Shown here in pieces: positions 45,790-58,388 of a DNA stretch of 64,000 nucleotides (the stretch's first letter is position 1; every line of letters starts with the position of its first letter). The stretch lies in contig CAZPMN010000003.1 in assembly GCA_964587835.1 (NCBI GenBank), positions 76,565-140,564 on the forward strand, given 5' to 3'. The DNA comes from an uncultured bacterium (GTDB taxonomy: Bacteria > Auribacterota > Erginobacteria > Erginobacterales > Erginobacteraceae). The notes below the pieces were generated by a model, which was given only the letters and a program-made list of their open reading frames with translations, was not told the DNA's origin and made no database searches. The translations under genes and the position numbers were made by a program.

Positions 45790-46947
45790 TCATTCCACCT
45801 TCACCAGGCGGTAGGCGCGGTCGCCCAGCCCGGCGCGCCGGGCGGCATCCAGAAAAGGCTCAAGGTCGACCCCGAAGAGGGTCTGAAACTTGTCCGGAAG
45901 CCTCGGGAGACAGCAGTACTGCCCGGCAATCTTCTCGGTAACCCGGCGGGGTGATACCTTCACCCGCTTGGCCACCGCGGTCGCCCCCGGAATCAGGGGG
46001 GCCCGCTTGATCAGGTCGATCGAAGCCTGGTCGACGGCCAGGATATCTTGGGAAGCGAGAAGCCCCTGGTCGGGGACGAAGGGCGGTTCGCTCCAATCGC
46101 AGCAGTCGCAGTCGGGGGCGATGTCGAGGAGGAAGTTGAGGAAGAGGACCCGGCCCTCTTTGCCCTGGAGCACCGCCCGCGCGTAGGCGGCCGTCTTCTC
46201 GGCTAGGGATGAGGGATCCGCCTTCCAGATTGGGGGGATCGCACCCTCGGGGCAGACGGCGATGCACTCCCCGCAGCCGATGCACTTCTCCCGGTCGATA
46301 ACGGCCTTCCCCTCCCGGTTGAGCTTGATCGCCGAGACCGGGCAGTACTTCACACAGGTTCCACAGCCGACGCACTTCTCCCCGCGGACCTGCGGCTTTA
46401 GATCGCTGTGCATCACCTGCTTCCCGGCCGGGGAGGCCAGACCCATGCTGACGTTCTTGATCGCCCCACCGTAACCGAAGATCACGTGCCCGGTGGCGTG
46501 GGTGATGACCAGCAGGCTGTCGGCCTCCTTGACCGACCGAGCGATCAGGACCTTCCGTTGGCCGATCGCCAGACCCTCCTCCTCCAGGAATCGGTCGGAG
46601 ATCCTGATCGGGGCGCCGATCGACTCCTCGGTGAATCCGTGACGGAGGGCGGTCTGGAGGTGGTCGGCGGTCCGGTGCCGGCCGCCCCGATAAAGGGTGT
46701 TGGAATCGGTCAGGAACGGCTTGGTTCCCAGGTCCCGCAGTTTCTCCACCAGCCGGCGGGCGTAAGCCGGGCGGAGGTAACCGGTATTGCCCTCCTCCCC
46801 GAAGTGCAACTTGACCGCCACCCGATCTCCAGGTCGGAAGATCTCCCCTCCTCCGGACCGGTCAAAGAGGTCGGATAATTTGTCCAGCCAGGACCTTCCG
46901 GCCCGGGCGGTGGGATCGGTGTGATAAACCGTTGCGGTCATCTCCAT
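45790..46947 (-). CDS. DUF362-like iron-sulfur protein with two 4Fe-4S ferredoxin motifs
   Basis: CVGCGTCVKYCP and CIGCGECIAVCP. DUF362-type N-terminal region. Confidence 0.7.
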   Translation of the reverse strand: MEMTATVYHTDPTARAGRSWLDKLSDLFDRSGGGEIFRPGDRVAVKLHFGEEGNTGYLRPAYARRLVEKLRDLGTKPFLTDSNTLYRGGRHRTADHLQTALRHGFTEESIGAPIRISDRFLEEEGLAIGQRKVLIARSVKEADSLLVITHATGHVIFGYGGAIKNVSMGLASPAGKQVMHSDLKPQVRGEKCVGCGTCVKYCPVSAIKLNREGKAVIDREKCIGCGECIAVCPEGAIPPIWKADPSSLAEKTAAYARAVLQGKEGRVLFLNFLLDIAPDCDCCDWSEPPFVPDQGLLASQDILAVDQASIDLIKRAPLIPGATAVAKRVKVSPRRVTEKIAGQYCCLPRLPDKFQTLFGVDLEPFLDAARRAGLGDRAYRLVKVE

Positions 46948-46972
46948 GAACTCCTTCTCGATTCTTTTATCT

Positions 46973-49710
<2,738 letters not shown>

Positions 49711-49793
49711 CGGGGATATCTCAGCTCCAGTGGTCCACCATCGTGGCACGCGGGGGATCCCGGCCGGGGAGCTTTGCTCCCCGGCCGGGAGGA

Positions 49794-49868
49794 TCGGGGC
49801 GGGCGGATTCGAACCGCCGACCTCACGGACCCGAACCGTGCGCGCTAGCCGGACTGCGCTACGCCCCG
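49794..49868 (-). tRNA. tRNA-Pro (anticodon CGG)
   Basis: Reverse complement folds as CGGGGCG acceptor, anticodon arm CACGG-TTCGGGT-CCGTG giving CGG, T-loop GGTTCGAATCC, discriminator A. Confidence 0.85.
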
Positions 49869-49913
49869 GACTGTCGAAAAATCAATTAGGGATAAGGAAA
49901 CCGCGGCGTTTTG

Positions 49914-50933
49914 TCAAGGGGCATTTGTCTCCGCCGTCGGAAGTTCGAGCGGGGCCAGCCGGCGGGCGGCGGCAATCACCGCCCCCCCGACCACCGCCGC
50001 CGCCAGACAGCCGAGCACCATCCCCCACCCGTCCGGGAGGCGGGGACTCATATTGCCCCAGTGCGGGATCAGTTTGGGCAGGTAATGGCTCTTCCAGGGC
50101 CAGAGAGAGATCAGGCTGCCGCCCATCAGTCCGCTCAGGACCGCCATCGTCCGGTCGTGGTAGCGGTGGAGGATCCGGCGGAGGAGGGGGACGAAGAGCA
50201 GAAGCCCGGCCGCCATCCCCGCCCCGAAGATCAGAAGAATCCCGAACTGTCGGTTATGGACCGCGCCGGTCACCGGCTGGTACATCCCGATCACCAGCAG
50301 GGCCAGGCTGCCGCTGATTCCGGGCAGGAGCATCACGCTGATCGCCAGGGCCCCCGCCCCGAGCAGGGAAAGTGGATGGATGGGGATACCTAGGCCGGGG
50401 AGGAGCGCCAGGGCGGCCGGGGGGAACGCCCCGAGCAAAAACAGGAGCGGGTCCAGCGGCTTCCTCACCCGGATCTTTTTCCAGGGATCCTGAATACTCC
50501 AGAAGACCAGGCCGAAGAAGAAGGCAAAGACATAGGGAGCGGTCCAGGGGTTGATGAGCAGGCCAGAGGGCGGATTCTTAGCCAGGAAGATCCGGCCGGC
50601 TTCCAGGCTCAGCTCCGGGAGTCGTTCCGCCCCGGGAAAATCTTTTCCCACCAGAAAGCGGGTGGCGGTGAAGAGGGCGACACCGATCCCCAGGGCCAGG
50701 GGAGCAAGGAAAGAGAGGGCCCGCCAGAATTTATCCCGGGCGGCCCGGGCCCGGGGCGATTTAACCACCCGGAACAAATCCGAGATGGAATCGATCAGCC
50801 GGTCGTAAAACCCCAGGATCAGGGCGATCGTCCCCCCGCTAACCCCGGGGATGGCGTCCGCCACCCCCATACACATCCCCCGGACCACGGTCTTGGCCAC
50901 CTCTTTCAATGTTCGCTCCTGACCATAACTCAT
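49914..50933 (-). CDS. DUF368-like polytopic membrane protein (candidate polyprenyl-phosphate translocase family)
   Basis: Two repeats of the PG(V/I)SG(G/S) re-entrant-loop motif (IPGVSGGTIALILG, LPGISGSLALLVIG), ~10 TM. Family assignment moderately confident. Confidence 0.55.
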   Translation of the reverse strand: MSYGQERTLKEVAKTVVRGMCMGVADAIPGVSGGTIALILGFYDRLIDSISDLFRVVKSPRARAARDKFWRALSFLAPLALGIGVALFTATRFLVGKDFPGAERLPELSLEAGRIFLAKNPPSGLLINPWTAPYVFAFFFGLVFWSIQDPWKKIRVRKPLDPLLFLLGAFPPAALALLPGLGIPIHPLSLLGAGALAISVMLLPGISGSLALLVIGMYQPVTGAVHNRQFGILLIFGAGMAAGLLLFVPLLRRILHRYHDRTMAVLSGLMGGSLISLWPWKSHYLPKLIPHWGNMSPRLPDGWGMVLGCLAAAVVGGAVIAAARRLAPLELPTAETNAP

Positions 50934-51074
50934 AATTTCTTTCCTCGATACAGTTCGGCTGATCGTATTACCGTTCCTTCAACCTTGGCTATTCCTTGTT
51001 GAATATTGGATATTCAATTCCCCTTTCTTGTTAGATTCTTTGATCTTCATTATTCGCCATCGTCCTTGCGAACC

Positions 51075-51737
51075 TCACCTCCGCTCCTTCCAACCATACT
51101 CCCCGATCAGGGGGACGAAGACGCAGCCCCCCTCGTCGCGTTCGATCACCTTCTCTCCCCTCCGTTCCAGGACCAGCAGCCGCTGGGAGTATCCGCCCCC
51201 GGCCGGGATCACCAGTCTCCCCCCCTCCGCCAGCTGCTCGACCAGGGGCGGCGGGATACCGGGCGAGCCGGCGGTGACGATGATCGCGTCAAAGGGGGCG
51301 AACTCTTTCCAACCGAGGGTACCGTCCCCGACCCGGATCGAGATGTTGTCGTATCCCAGTCTTTGGAAGAGCTCGCCGGTCCGCTCGGCCAGCGCGGCCA
51401 CTCTCTCCACGGTATATACCTCGGCCGCCAGCCGGGAGAGGATCGCCGCCTGGTAACCGGACCCGGTCCCGATCTCCAGGACCTTCTCCCCCCCGGCCAA
51501 CCCCAGACACTGGGTCATCAGGGCCACCATATAGGGCTGGGAGATGGTCTGCCCCTCTCCGATCGGGAGAGGATGATCGGCGTAGGCCTCCCCCAGGGAG
51601 GCCCCCGGGGCAAAGAGATGCCGGGGCACCTCCCGGAAGGCCGCCAGCACCCGCTCGTCCCGGATCCGCCGCGGTGCCAACTGCCGGGAGACCATCTCCT
51701 CCCGCAGCTGCCTTGCCAGTTGCGCCTTGTCTTCCAT
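51075..51737 (-). CDS. pcm: protein-L-isoaspartate O-methyltransferase
   Basis: TISQPYMVA, VLEIGTGSGYQAA, LIPLGE-like tail. Start likely at MEDKAQL. Confidence 0.85.
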   Translation of the reverse strand: MEDKAQLARQLREEMVSRQLAPRRIRDERVLAAFREVPRHLFAPGASLGEAYADHPLPIGEGQTISQPYMVALMTQCLGLAGGEKVLEIGTGSGYQAAILSRLAAEVYTVERVAALAERTGELFQRLGYDNISIRVGDGTLGWKEFAPFDAIIVTAGSPGIPPPLVEQLAEGGRLVIPAGGGYSQRLLVLERRGEKVIERDEGGCVFVPLIGEYGWKERR

Positions 51738-51761
51738 TACCTTTCCCGGTCGGGCTGTTTT

Positions 51762-51930
51762 GAACCGCAGAGAACGCAAAGAACGCGAAGAGAAGTTAAT
51801 TTTTAATTTTCAATCGGTGTTGTTCCTCAAAAGTAAGCCACCACCATTCCACCGCACCTCTTTTTAGATCGTTTTCATCTCCTGATTTAATTTCCCGGAC
51901 CCTCGGCGTCCTCTGCGTTCTCTGCGGTTC
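51762..51930. repeat. intergenic inverted-repeat element B. Arms GAACCGCAGAGAACGCAAAGAACGCGAAGAG and its inverted copy ...CTCTGCGTTCTCTGCGGTTC flank an AT-rich core. Same heptamer-triplet family as element A.
   Basis: Read directly. Left arm 51762-51792, right arm 51911-51930. Confidence 0.75.
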
Positions 51931-52627
51931 ATTGTTTCTTCGGGAAGAGCGAGCGAAAGAGGAGGCGGATGAACCGGAGCGTATCCCGGCCGGGCCGGAT
52001 CCGGGAAACCTCGCCGGCGTAGATCGTCCGGATCGGGACGGAAGAAATCCCGAAACCCCGCCGTCCCGCCTCGATCAATATCTCCGATTCGGTGTCGTAG
52101 TTGCCGGTGGAGAAGGAAAGCATTTGGATCACCTCCGCGGTGAGCAGGCGAAAGCCGCACTGGCTGTCTGGAACCTTCTGGCCGATCAGCCGGGAAAGGA
52201 TGGCGGACATCGTCCGGTTGGTCCAGTAACGCACCTTCGGCATCGACTCCGCCGTCGCCATCCGGTTGCCGACCACGATCGCGGCAGAGCTCGAGCGGGC
52301 CACGGCCAGGAAGGCCGGGATCTCGGCCGGATCGTGCTGGCCATCGCCGTCGACGATGATCACCGGATCACAACCCCGCGCCACCAGGGCCCGGAGACCG
52401 GTCTCCAGCGCCCTTCCCTTCCCCCGATTGACCGGGTGACGGATCACCTCCGCCCCGGCCGCCGCGGCCGACGCCCCGGTCCGGTCGGTGGAGCCGTCGT
52501 CAAGGACCAGAATTCGGTCGGCATATTTCGTCGCTTCCTTCACCACCGCCCCCACCGATGCTTCCTCGTTGAAGGCCGGGATCAGAATCCCGACCTGATT
52601 TTTCCCGTTATTGACCATGGCTCCCAT
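51929..52627 (-). CDS. family 2 glycosyltransferase
   Basis: ILIPAFNEE, LVLDDGSTD, DGDGQHD (DxD). Start at internal Met (MGAMVNNG). Confidence 0.75.
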   Translation of the reverse strand: MGAMVNNGKNQVGILIPAFNEEASVGAVVKEATKYADRILVLDDGSTDRTGASAAAAGAEVIRHPVNRGKGRALETGLRALVARGCDPVIIVDGDGQHDPAEIPAFLAVARSSSAAIVVGNRMATAESMPKVRYWTNRTMSAILSRLIGQKVPDSQCGFRLLTAEVIQMLSFSTGNYDTESEILIEAGRRGFGISSVPIRTIYAGEVSRIRPGRDTLRFIRLLFRSLFPKKQ

Positions 52628-52650
52628 TTGATCTGTCGGTTCAGGGCGCG

Positions 52651-53529
52651 TTATTCCCAGATCGGGTAGTACATATACCACTGATCGAGATGGTCGGCTA
52701 TGCACTCTTCCATCTCCCGGACCAATCCCTGGATAATCTGCCTCTCCTGGATTTGCCGGCCGGCCGTCCGGTCGATCTCCAACGGCGGACGGAAGACCGC
52801 CCGATAGCGGTGAGTCGATTCCCGGACCAGGTAACCGAAGAAGACCGCCGCCCCGGCCCGGGCGGCCAGTCCGGCCGGGCCCCGAGGGATGGAAACCGGC
52901 CGGCCGAAGAACTTGACCTCGACCCCTCGCTCGGTGATATCCCGGTCCCCCAGGATCAGGACCACCTTGTTCTTTTTCAAAAGCCTCAGACTTCTCAGGG
53001 CGGCCCGACCGACCGGGATCACCTTCATCCCGGTCATCGCCCGCTGGTTGACGAAGAGGCGATTGAGCCTGGTGTTCTGGTGGGAAAGGGCGATCGCGTT
53101 AACCGGGAATCCGGCCAGAGCCAGCATCATCCCTCCCAATTCCCAGTTCCCCACGTGGGCGGTCACCCCGAGCGCGCCCTGGCCCCCGCGCAGGGCCCCC
53201 CGGATATTCTCCAGACCGACGAATTTTACCAACCTTCTCATCTCCTCCGCGTCAAACCGCGAGAACCGGAAGAAATCGATCAGATAGTAGGAAAAATTAC
53301 GGAAATTTTTCCGGGCCAGCGCGCGGAGCCGCCACCGTGCTTCCGGACTCTCGGTATCCTCGCCCCGGTAGCGGAGAACCCATTTCACATTGGCGAGAAA
53401 ATTGGGCTTGCTCTTCCGCGAGAAGAGATAGGTCGCCTCGGCCAGGAAAGCGCCGATCCCGTAGGCCAGCCGGGGCGGAACCAGGTGAACCAGAAAACGC
53501 AGCAGCTCGAAAAGGTAGTACCTGATCAT
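52651..53529 (-). CDS. lipid A biosynthesis (Kdo)2-lipid IVA acyltransferase-like (LpxL/HtrB/MsbB family)
   Basis: N-terminal TM, then VTAHVGNWELGG (HX4D-type motif, H...E variant). ~290 aa typical of the family. Confidence 0.65.
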   Translation of the reverse strand: MIRYYLFELLRFLVHLVPPRLAYGIGAFLAEATYLFSRKSKPNFLANVKWVLRYRGEDTESPEARWRLRALARKNFRNFSYYLIDFFRFSRFDAEEMRRLVKFVGLENIRGALRGGQGALGVTAHVGNWELGGMMLALAGFPVNAIALSHQNTRLNRLFVNQRAMTGMKVIPVGRAALRSLRLLKKNKVVLILGDRDITERGVEVKFFGRPVSIPRGPAGLAARAGAAVFFGYLVRESTHRYRAVFRPPLEIDRTAGRQIQERQIIQGLVREMEECIADHLDQWYMYYPIWE

Positions 53530-53538
53530 AATCAGATT

Positions 53539-54681
53539 CTATCCGGCCGGCGAGGTTTTGGAAAAGGACGAAATGATCTGCCGGGCGGCGTCCCGGGCTG
53601 CGTGGGGTTTGCGGATAGCCTCCATCGCCGCCAAAACCCTTCCCCGGAGATATCCCTCCCGAAGCGCATCTTCCACCGCCTTCACCGCCAAAAGATCGTC
53701 CCCGGCGTGGATTGCCGCTCCCGCGCCCGCCAGGAAGCGCGCGTTCAATTCCTCCTGCCCGGGAAGCGGATCGACCAGGACCAGGGGAAGTCTTCTGACC
53801 AGAGCCTCGGCGGTGGTCAATCCCCCCGGTTTGGTCACGATCACCTCCGCCGCCGCCATCAATTCCTCGATCAAATCGGTGAAACCGAAAACCCTCAGCG
53901 GGTGGTTTAAAGATCCCCGGAGCGACTGGAGCCGGAGATACCGCCTTTGGTTTCTTCCGGTCAGGGCCGCCAGCTGGAATTCCTCCCCACTGCGGTCCAG
54001 GGTATTGATCAGGCGCTCCAGGGATAACGTCCCCTCCCCGCCCCCCATCAGGAGCACCACAGGAAGCCCGGAAATCAACCCGTACTTTTCCTTCATTCGG
54101 GCGGGTTCCAGTTTCCGATTGAAGACCGGCCGCACCGGGATCCCGGTCAACCGGATCCTTTCCGGCGGCACCCCCAGGACGGCCAGTCGTTCCACGCTCC
54201 AGCGGGTGGGCAGGAGATAGAGATCAACCTCCGGGTAGATCCAGTAGGCATGGACTTGGAAATCGGTCGGAACCGCGGCCAGGACAAACCCGGACGCAGT
54301 CCGGGAACGGCACTCCGCCGCCAGGGCGCAGGGGAAAGCCTGGGTACAGACCACCGCGGCCGGGGCCAGTTCTTTAATCATCCGTTCGAGACGGCCCCGG
54401 AGAAGCCGCTGGGCGATCCTCAGCGGCCGGTCGAGCCGAGTTTTCACCTCAGGCCGGTCGTAGAGATAAGTCCAGACCCCGGGAGCCGTCCGGACCAGGG
54501 AACGATAGAAGGCCGCCACCAGGCGGGCCGCGCCGGAAGGCCAGAGTTCGAGGAGATCAAAGCTGACGATCCGGAGAAACGGAGCCTCCTCCCTCAAGGC
54601 CTCCTCAAGGGCGAGGGCCGCCCGGCGATGGCCCTGGCCCACGGAGATGTAGAGGATCAGGATGGTGTGGGAACCGGTCAC
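53539..54681 (-). CDS. GT28/MGDG-synthase-like GT-B glycosyltransferase (UgtP/MurG-type)
   Basis: N-terminal ILILYISVGQGH, C-terminal FTDLIEELMAAAEVIVTKPGGLTTAEAL. GTG start chosen to avoid overlapping the upstream gene. Confidence 0.6.
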   Translation of the reverse strand: MTGSHTILILYISVGQGHRRAALALEEALREEAPFLRIVSFDLLELWPSGAARLVAAFYRSLVRTAPGVWTYLYDRPEVKTRLDRPLRIAQRLLRGRLERMIKELAPAAVVCTQAFPCALAAECRSRTASGFVLAAVPTDFQVHAYWIYPEVDLYLLPTRWSVERLAVLGVPPERIRLTGIPVRPVFNRKLEPARMKEKYGLISGLPVVLLMGGGEGTLSLERLINTLDRSGEEFQLAALTGRNQRRYLRLQSLRGSLNHPLRVFGFTDLIEELMAAAEVIVTKPGGLTTAEALVRRLPLVLVDPLPGQEELNARFLAGAGAAIHAGDDLLAVKAVEDALREGYLRGRVLAAMEAIRKPHAARDAARQIISSFSKTSPAG

Positions 54682-54688
54682 CGCAGGC

Positions 54689-55888
54689 TTATTTCCCGAG
54701 GTAGCCGACCATAAAGCGGGCAATGGCCCGGTAAGCACGCTCCAGGACCGGCTCCGGGGCCAGGAAAACGACCCGGAAGTGGTTGGTCCCCGGCCGCTGG
54801 CCGAACCCGGATCCCGGCACCACCACCACCCCGGTCTCCCGGATCAGACCGGCCACAAATTCGCCGTCGCTTCCCGGGATCTCCAGGCGGGGAAAAGCGT
54901 AGAAGGCCCCCTCGGGGCTGACGCAGCTGATCCCCCCGATGGAGTTGAGCATCTCCACCGTTAGATCCCTCCTCCGGGTCAGTTTCTCCCGCGCGGCGAT
55001 CAGGTGGGCCCGTTCCCCTTCCAGGGCAGGCTTGATCGCCCACTGGACCGGATGACTGGCGGAGAGGCGGGCCCGGAGCAATTTGTTCACCGCCAGTAAA
55101 TAATCGCTCAAAACCTCCTCCGGACCGCTGACAATTCCCCAGCCGATCCGGAAACCGGGAGCAAGGTAATTCTTGGAGAGACCGTTGAGGGTGATCACCG
55201 CGGCCTGGGGATCAAGGGCGGCGGTGGAGATATGTTTTCTTCCATCCAGGGTCAGACTGTCGTAAATCTCGTCGGAGAGGATGACCAGGTTATGCTCCCG
55301 GGCCAGGGCGATAATTCCCCGCAAGGTCCCCTCCCGGTAGACCGCCCCGGTCGGGTTGTTGGGGTTGATGATCACGATCGCCCGGGTCCGGGCATCGATC
55401 CGGGAGGCAATGTCATCGAGGTCGGGCTGCCAGCCGTTTTCCTCGTCGAGAAAGTATGACCTCGGTTCAGCCTCCAGTTTATGGGTGATCGCCCCGTAAA
55501 GCGGGTACCCCGGAGCGGGGAGCAGGATGTTGTCACCCGGGTTGAGCAGAGCGGTCAGGCAGATGTCAACCGCCTCCGAGGCGCCGGTGGTGATAAAGAC
55601 GTCCCGGATCGACCCGATTCCCTGCCGCTGGGAATCCTGGCGGATCGCCTCCCGAGCCTCTTCGATCCCGGAGGAAGGAGCATAGCCGTTCCGGTTGCTG
55701 AGCATCGCCCGGTGAACGGAATTGATGATCTCGGGATCGGTCTGAAAGTCAAAGATATTGGGGTCCCCGATATTGAGATAGATCATCTCCTTGCCCTGCC
55801 GGGCCGCTTCCTCGGCCAGGAGGACAACATCGCGGACCGCGTAGGTGATCTTCTCGGTCCGGCGGGCGGGTGTTATCTTCTTCTTCAT
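54689..55888 (-). CDS. PLP-dependent aminotransferase (class I/II, alanine/aspartate aminotransferase-like)
   Basis: NPNNPTG, SDEIY, LNGLSKNY (PLP lysine), R near C-terminus. Confidence 0.8.
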   Translation of the reverse strand: MKKKITPARRTEKITYAVRDVVLLAEEAARQGKEMIYLNIGDPNIFDFQTDPEIINSVHRAMLSNRNGYAPSSGIEEAREAIRQDSQRQGIGSIRDVFITTGASEAVDICLTALLNPGDNILLPAPGYPLYGAITHKLEAEPRSYFLDEENGWQPDLDDIASRIDARTRAIVIINPNNPTGAVYREGTLRGIIALAREHNLVILSDEIYDSLTLDGRKHISTAALDPQAAVITLNGLSKNYLAPGFRIGWGIVSGPEEVLSDYLLAVNKLLRARLSASHPVQWAIKPALEGERAHLIAAREKLTRRRDLTVEMLNSIGGISCVSPEGAFYAFPRLEIPGSDGEFVAGLIRETGVVVVPGSGFGQRPGTNHFRVVFLAPEPVLERAYRAIARFMVGYLGK

Positions 55889-56078
55889 CTCAAATCCCAT
55901 TGCCAGGGTAAAACTCTTTCTCGGACTCCGGACGAGGTTGAGCCCCCGGCCGAGTCAAATGGAAACTGTAGCGGAGAAATTCACGGGAGACAAGCTCATT
56001 CCCGGTTCTTGCCCCGCAGCGGCGATATGCCCTTGATCCCCCGGAACGTCACCTGTTACCGATGGTATGATCGCCCCT

Positions 56079-56501
56079 TTATTTACCGGTTCCGGCCGGC
56101 AACCGGGGACAGATTAATCTCACCGTCGGGAAGTATGTGCTCACCCGGCCGGGATCTCGGGTGAGCAGCGGAATACCGGAGGCCTCCGCGTGACCGCCGA
56201 TGAAAAAGTCGGGGAGAACCGAAACCTTCGTCCCTTTTTGTGTCCGGTATCGGGCAAATGCCCGAGCCGCCCGGAAAAGTCCCTGCCGGGGAATCTCCTG
56301 GAGGGTAAGGCCGAATTTTCTCACCACGTCGTCGACAAACTCTACCGAAGGGCTGCCAAAGCACAACTCCGAGTAGATCACAGGATTGATGATCAGCCCG
56401 CTGCCGCTGTGGCGCTCCAGTTGCGAGATCGACCACTCGGCCCACCGCTCATCATCGGTGAGAACATCAATGATGATATTGGTGTCCACCAGAACAGGCA
56501 T
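56079..56501 (-). CDS. vapC: PIN-domain VapC toxin
   Basis: MPVLVDTNIIIDVL (PIN Asp1)... Overlaps the upstream antitoxin stop by 1 nt. Confidence 0.7.
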   Translation of the reverse strand: MPVLVDTNIIIDVLTDDERWAEWSISQLERHSGSGLIINPVIYSELCFGSPSVEFVDDVVRKFGLTLQEIPRQGLFRAARAFARYRTQKGTKVSVLPDFFIGGHAEASGIPLLTRDPGRVSTYFPTVRLICPRLPAGTGK

Positions 56502-56725
56502 CAGACCATCCTGGTCTCCCGCATCCATTCCCGGGTGGTACGTCCTCCCCGCAGAACTCCGCGCAACTCCGAGAACCGGCCGCTATCCCCCTTTCGTTTC
56601 TTCTGCTTGACCAGAACGACCACTCCCTTGGCAATCCGGAAATCGACGTCGCTATGCGGCGCGATTCCGAGGTATTCCCGGATCCGCGCCGGGATGGTAA
56701 CCTGTCCTTTGGTTGTCACTTTCAT
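56501..56725 (-). CDS. vapB: AbrB/MazE/SpoVT-type antitoxin VapB
   Basis: MKVTTKGQVTIPARIRE. Classic swapped-hairpin antitoxin start. Confidence 0.7.
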   Translation of the reverse strand: MKVTTKGQVTIPARIREYLGIAPHSDVDFRIAKGVVVLVKQKKRKGDSGRFSELRGVLRGGRTTREWMRETRMV

Positions 56726-56797
56726 AGTATTACTGTCGCATGTATTACATTCGGTGTCAAGTCGCTACCCGTTTTATGAATATATCGGATTAACCGG

Positions 56798-57352
56798 CTA
56801 CTCCTGGCCGAATAAACGGTAGAGGTCGAGCAGGACCTCGGCGTCGAGCACGGCGTAGTTGAGCTGGGCGGTCAAGAGCGGCCGGCGGGTCCAGTCCGAA
56901 GTCTGCCATCTCTTATCCAGCTCAATTCCCAGTTCCCGGCGGCAGACCGCCCCCAGGCCGTGACCCCCGGGAATCCGGTATCCCCGGAGTCTCCGCGAGG
57001 CGGCCAGGGTGTCAAAAACCGAGGTGATCCGACAACCGAGCTTGCCCAGGACCGCCCGCTCAAAGCGGGCGTTGTGGATGATGACCCGGATGCCCGGATC
57101 CTCCAGGACCAGGAAGAGGGGGGTGAGATCATCCAGTTCGAAGACGTCGATCACCGCGTTGTAATCCCCGGTGGCGAGCTGGGCCAGGCAGAGAGTTCCC
57201 CAGTCGAGGCTGGTCTCGACATCAAGGGCGATCACCTCCTCCCGGACCAGCTCCCGGCAGAGATCTTCCAGGCCGCTCTGGCTGGCGATCAACCGAACCG
57301 GGCGGCGGAAGGAAAAACCATCCTCCCCCGGGCGGATGATGCCCTCTCTCAT
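56798..57352 (-). CDS. 3'-5' exonuclease (RNase D / DnaQ-like DEDDy fold)
   Basis: Start MREGIIRP. VIALDVETS (Exo I), HNARFE (Exo II), YAVLDAEVLLDLY (Exo III with Tyr). 4-nt overlap with the queC stop. Confidence 0.7.
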   Translation of the reverse strand: MREGIIRPGEDGFSFRRPVRLIASQSGLEDLCRELVREEVIALDVETSLDWGTLCLAQLATGDYNAVIDVFELDDLTPLFLVLEDPGIRVIIHNARFERAVLGKLGCRITSVFDTLAASRRLRGYRIPGGHGLGAVCRRELGIELDKRWQTSDWTRRPLLTAQLNYAVLDAEVLLDLYRLFGQE

Positions 57353-58035
57353 CTCCTCTCCTCCTTCAGGATCGGATCGGGAACCCCGGCCTCCTGGAAG
57401 CCGCGAGCCCGCAGGCGGCAGCTGGCACAAGTCCCGCAGGGCCGGGGACCGGAGCTGGAGTAGCATGACCAGGTGAGGTGGAGGGGAGCGCCGAGCTCCC
57501 TCCCCCACCGGACCACCTCCGCCTTGGTCAGGTGAATCAGGGGAGTCTCGACCGCGATCCCCGATCCGGGGGCGGTACCGAGCGCGACCGTCCGGTTGAA
57601 GGCCCGGAAGAACTCCTCCCGACAATCGGGGTAGCCGGAGGAGTCTTCTTCCATCGCCCCGATGAAGATCTTTCCCGCACCGATCACCTCCGCCCAGGAA
57701 ACGGCCAGGGCCAAGAGGTTGGCATTGCGGAAGGGAACGTAAGTGGAGGGGATCCGTCCGGGTTCGGCAGCCTCGGCGGGGATCTCGAGTTCCGGGTCGG
57801 TCAAGCTGGATCCTTTGATCTGGCGAAAGTAACCGAGGTCCACCACCAGTCGAAGATTTCCGGCCACGGCGAAGAAATCGGCCAGGTCGGCAAAAGCCCG
57901 CAGCTCCCTTTCCTCGGTCCGTTGGCCGTAATTGCCGTGCAGAAAGGCCAGGCGGAACTCCCCGGCCGCCACCGCCGCGGCGACGCAGCTGTCCAGACCG
58001 CCGCTGACCAGGCAGACCGCCAATTTCCGGGTCAT
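57349..58035 (-). CDS. queC: 7-cyano-7-deazaguanine synthase
   Basis: AVCLVSGGLDSCV (PP-loop), C-terminal CGTCASC zinc site. Confidence 0.9.
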   Translation of the reverse strand: MTRKLAVCLVSGGLDSCVAAAVAAGEFRLAFLHGNYGQRTEERELRAFADLADFFAVAGNLRLVVDLGYFRQIKGSSLTDPELEIPAEAAEPGRIPSTYVPFRNANLLALAVSWAEVIGAGKIFIGAMEEDSSGYPDCREEFFRAFNRTVALGTAPGSGIAVETPLIHLTKAEVVRWGRELGAPLHLTWSCYSSSGPRPCGTCASCRLRARGFQEAGVPDPILKEERR

Positions 58036-58388
58036 TTTTTCTTGCCCCCTCGGGGTTTGACGTACTCGGCGATTACAGTGGAGGTGATCCCTCCCCGGGG
58101 GGTGAAGTCACCCGTCACCGTCATTCGCCGGGGCTTTGCCGCGGCCACCAAGTCGTCGAGAATCTCGTTGACCAGGCTCTCATAGAAGATCCCCCGGTCG
58201 CGGAAACCGAAGAAGTAGAGCTTGAGCGATTTCAGTTCCAGGCAGAGCTTCTCCGGAACGTACTCGACGGTGATGGTCCCAAAATCCGGGTTGCCGGTGA
58301 TCGGGCAGACCGAGGTGTACTCGGGGTTACGGATGGTGATGGTGTAATCCCGGCCGGGATACTTGTTGGGAAAAGTCTCGATGGTCAT
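58032..58388 (-). CDS. queF: NADPH-dependent 7-cyano-7-deazaguanine reductase
   Basis: EYTSVCPITGNPDFGT (QueF catalytic Cys motif), ~118 aa unimodular type. Confidence 0.9.
   Translation of the reverse strand: MTIETFPNKYPGRDYTITIRNPEYTSVCPITGNPDFGTITVEYVPEKLCLELKSLKLYFFGFRDRGIFYESLVNEILDDLVAAAKPRRMTVTGDFTPRGGITSTVIAEYVKPRGGKKK

Noticed and set aside
49741-49793. Hairpin CCCGGCCGGGGAGC-TTTG-CTCCCCGGCCGGG next to the tRNA-Pro 3' end considered as a terminator
   Set aside because: It is a strong stem but has no U-tract on the tRNA (minus) strand. It may be a processing or structural element. Not called.
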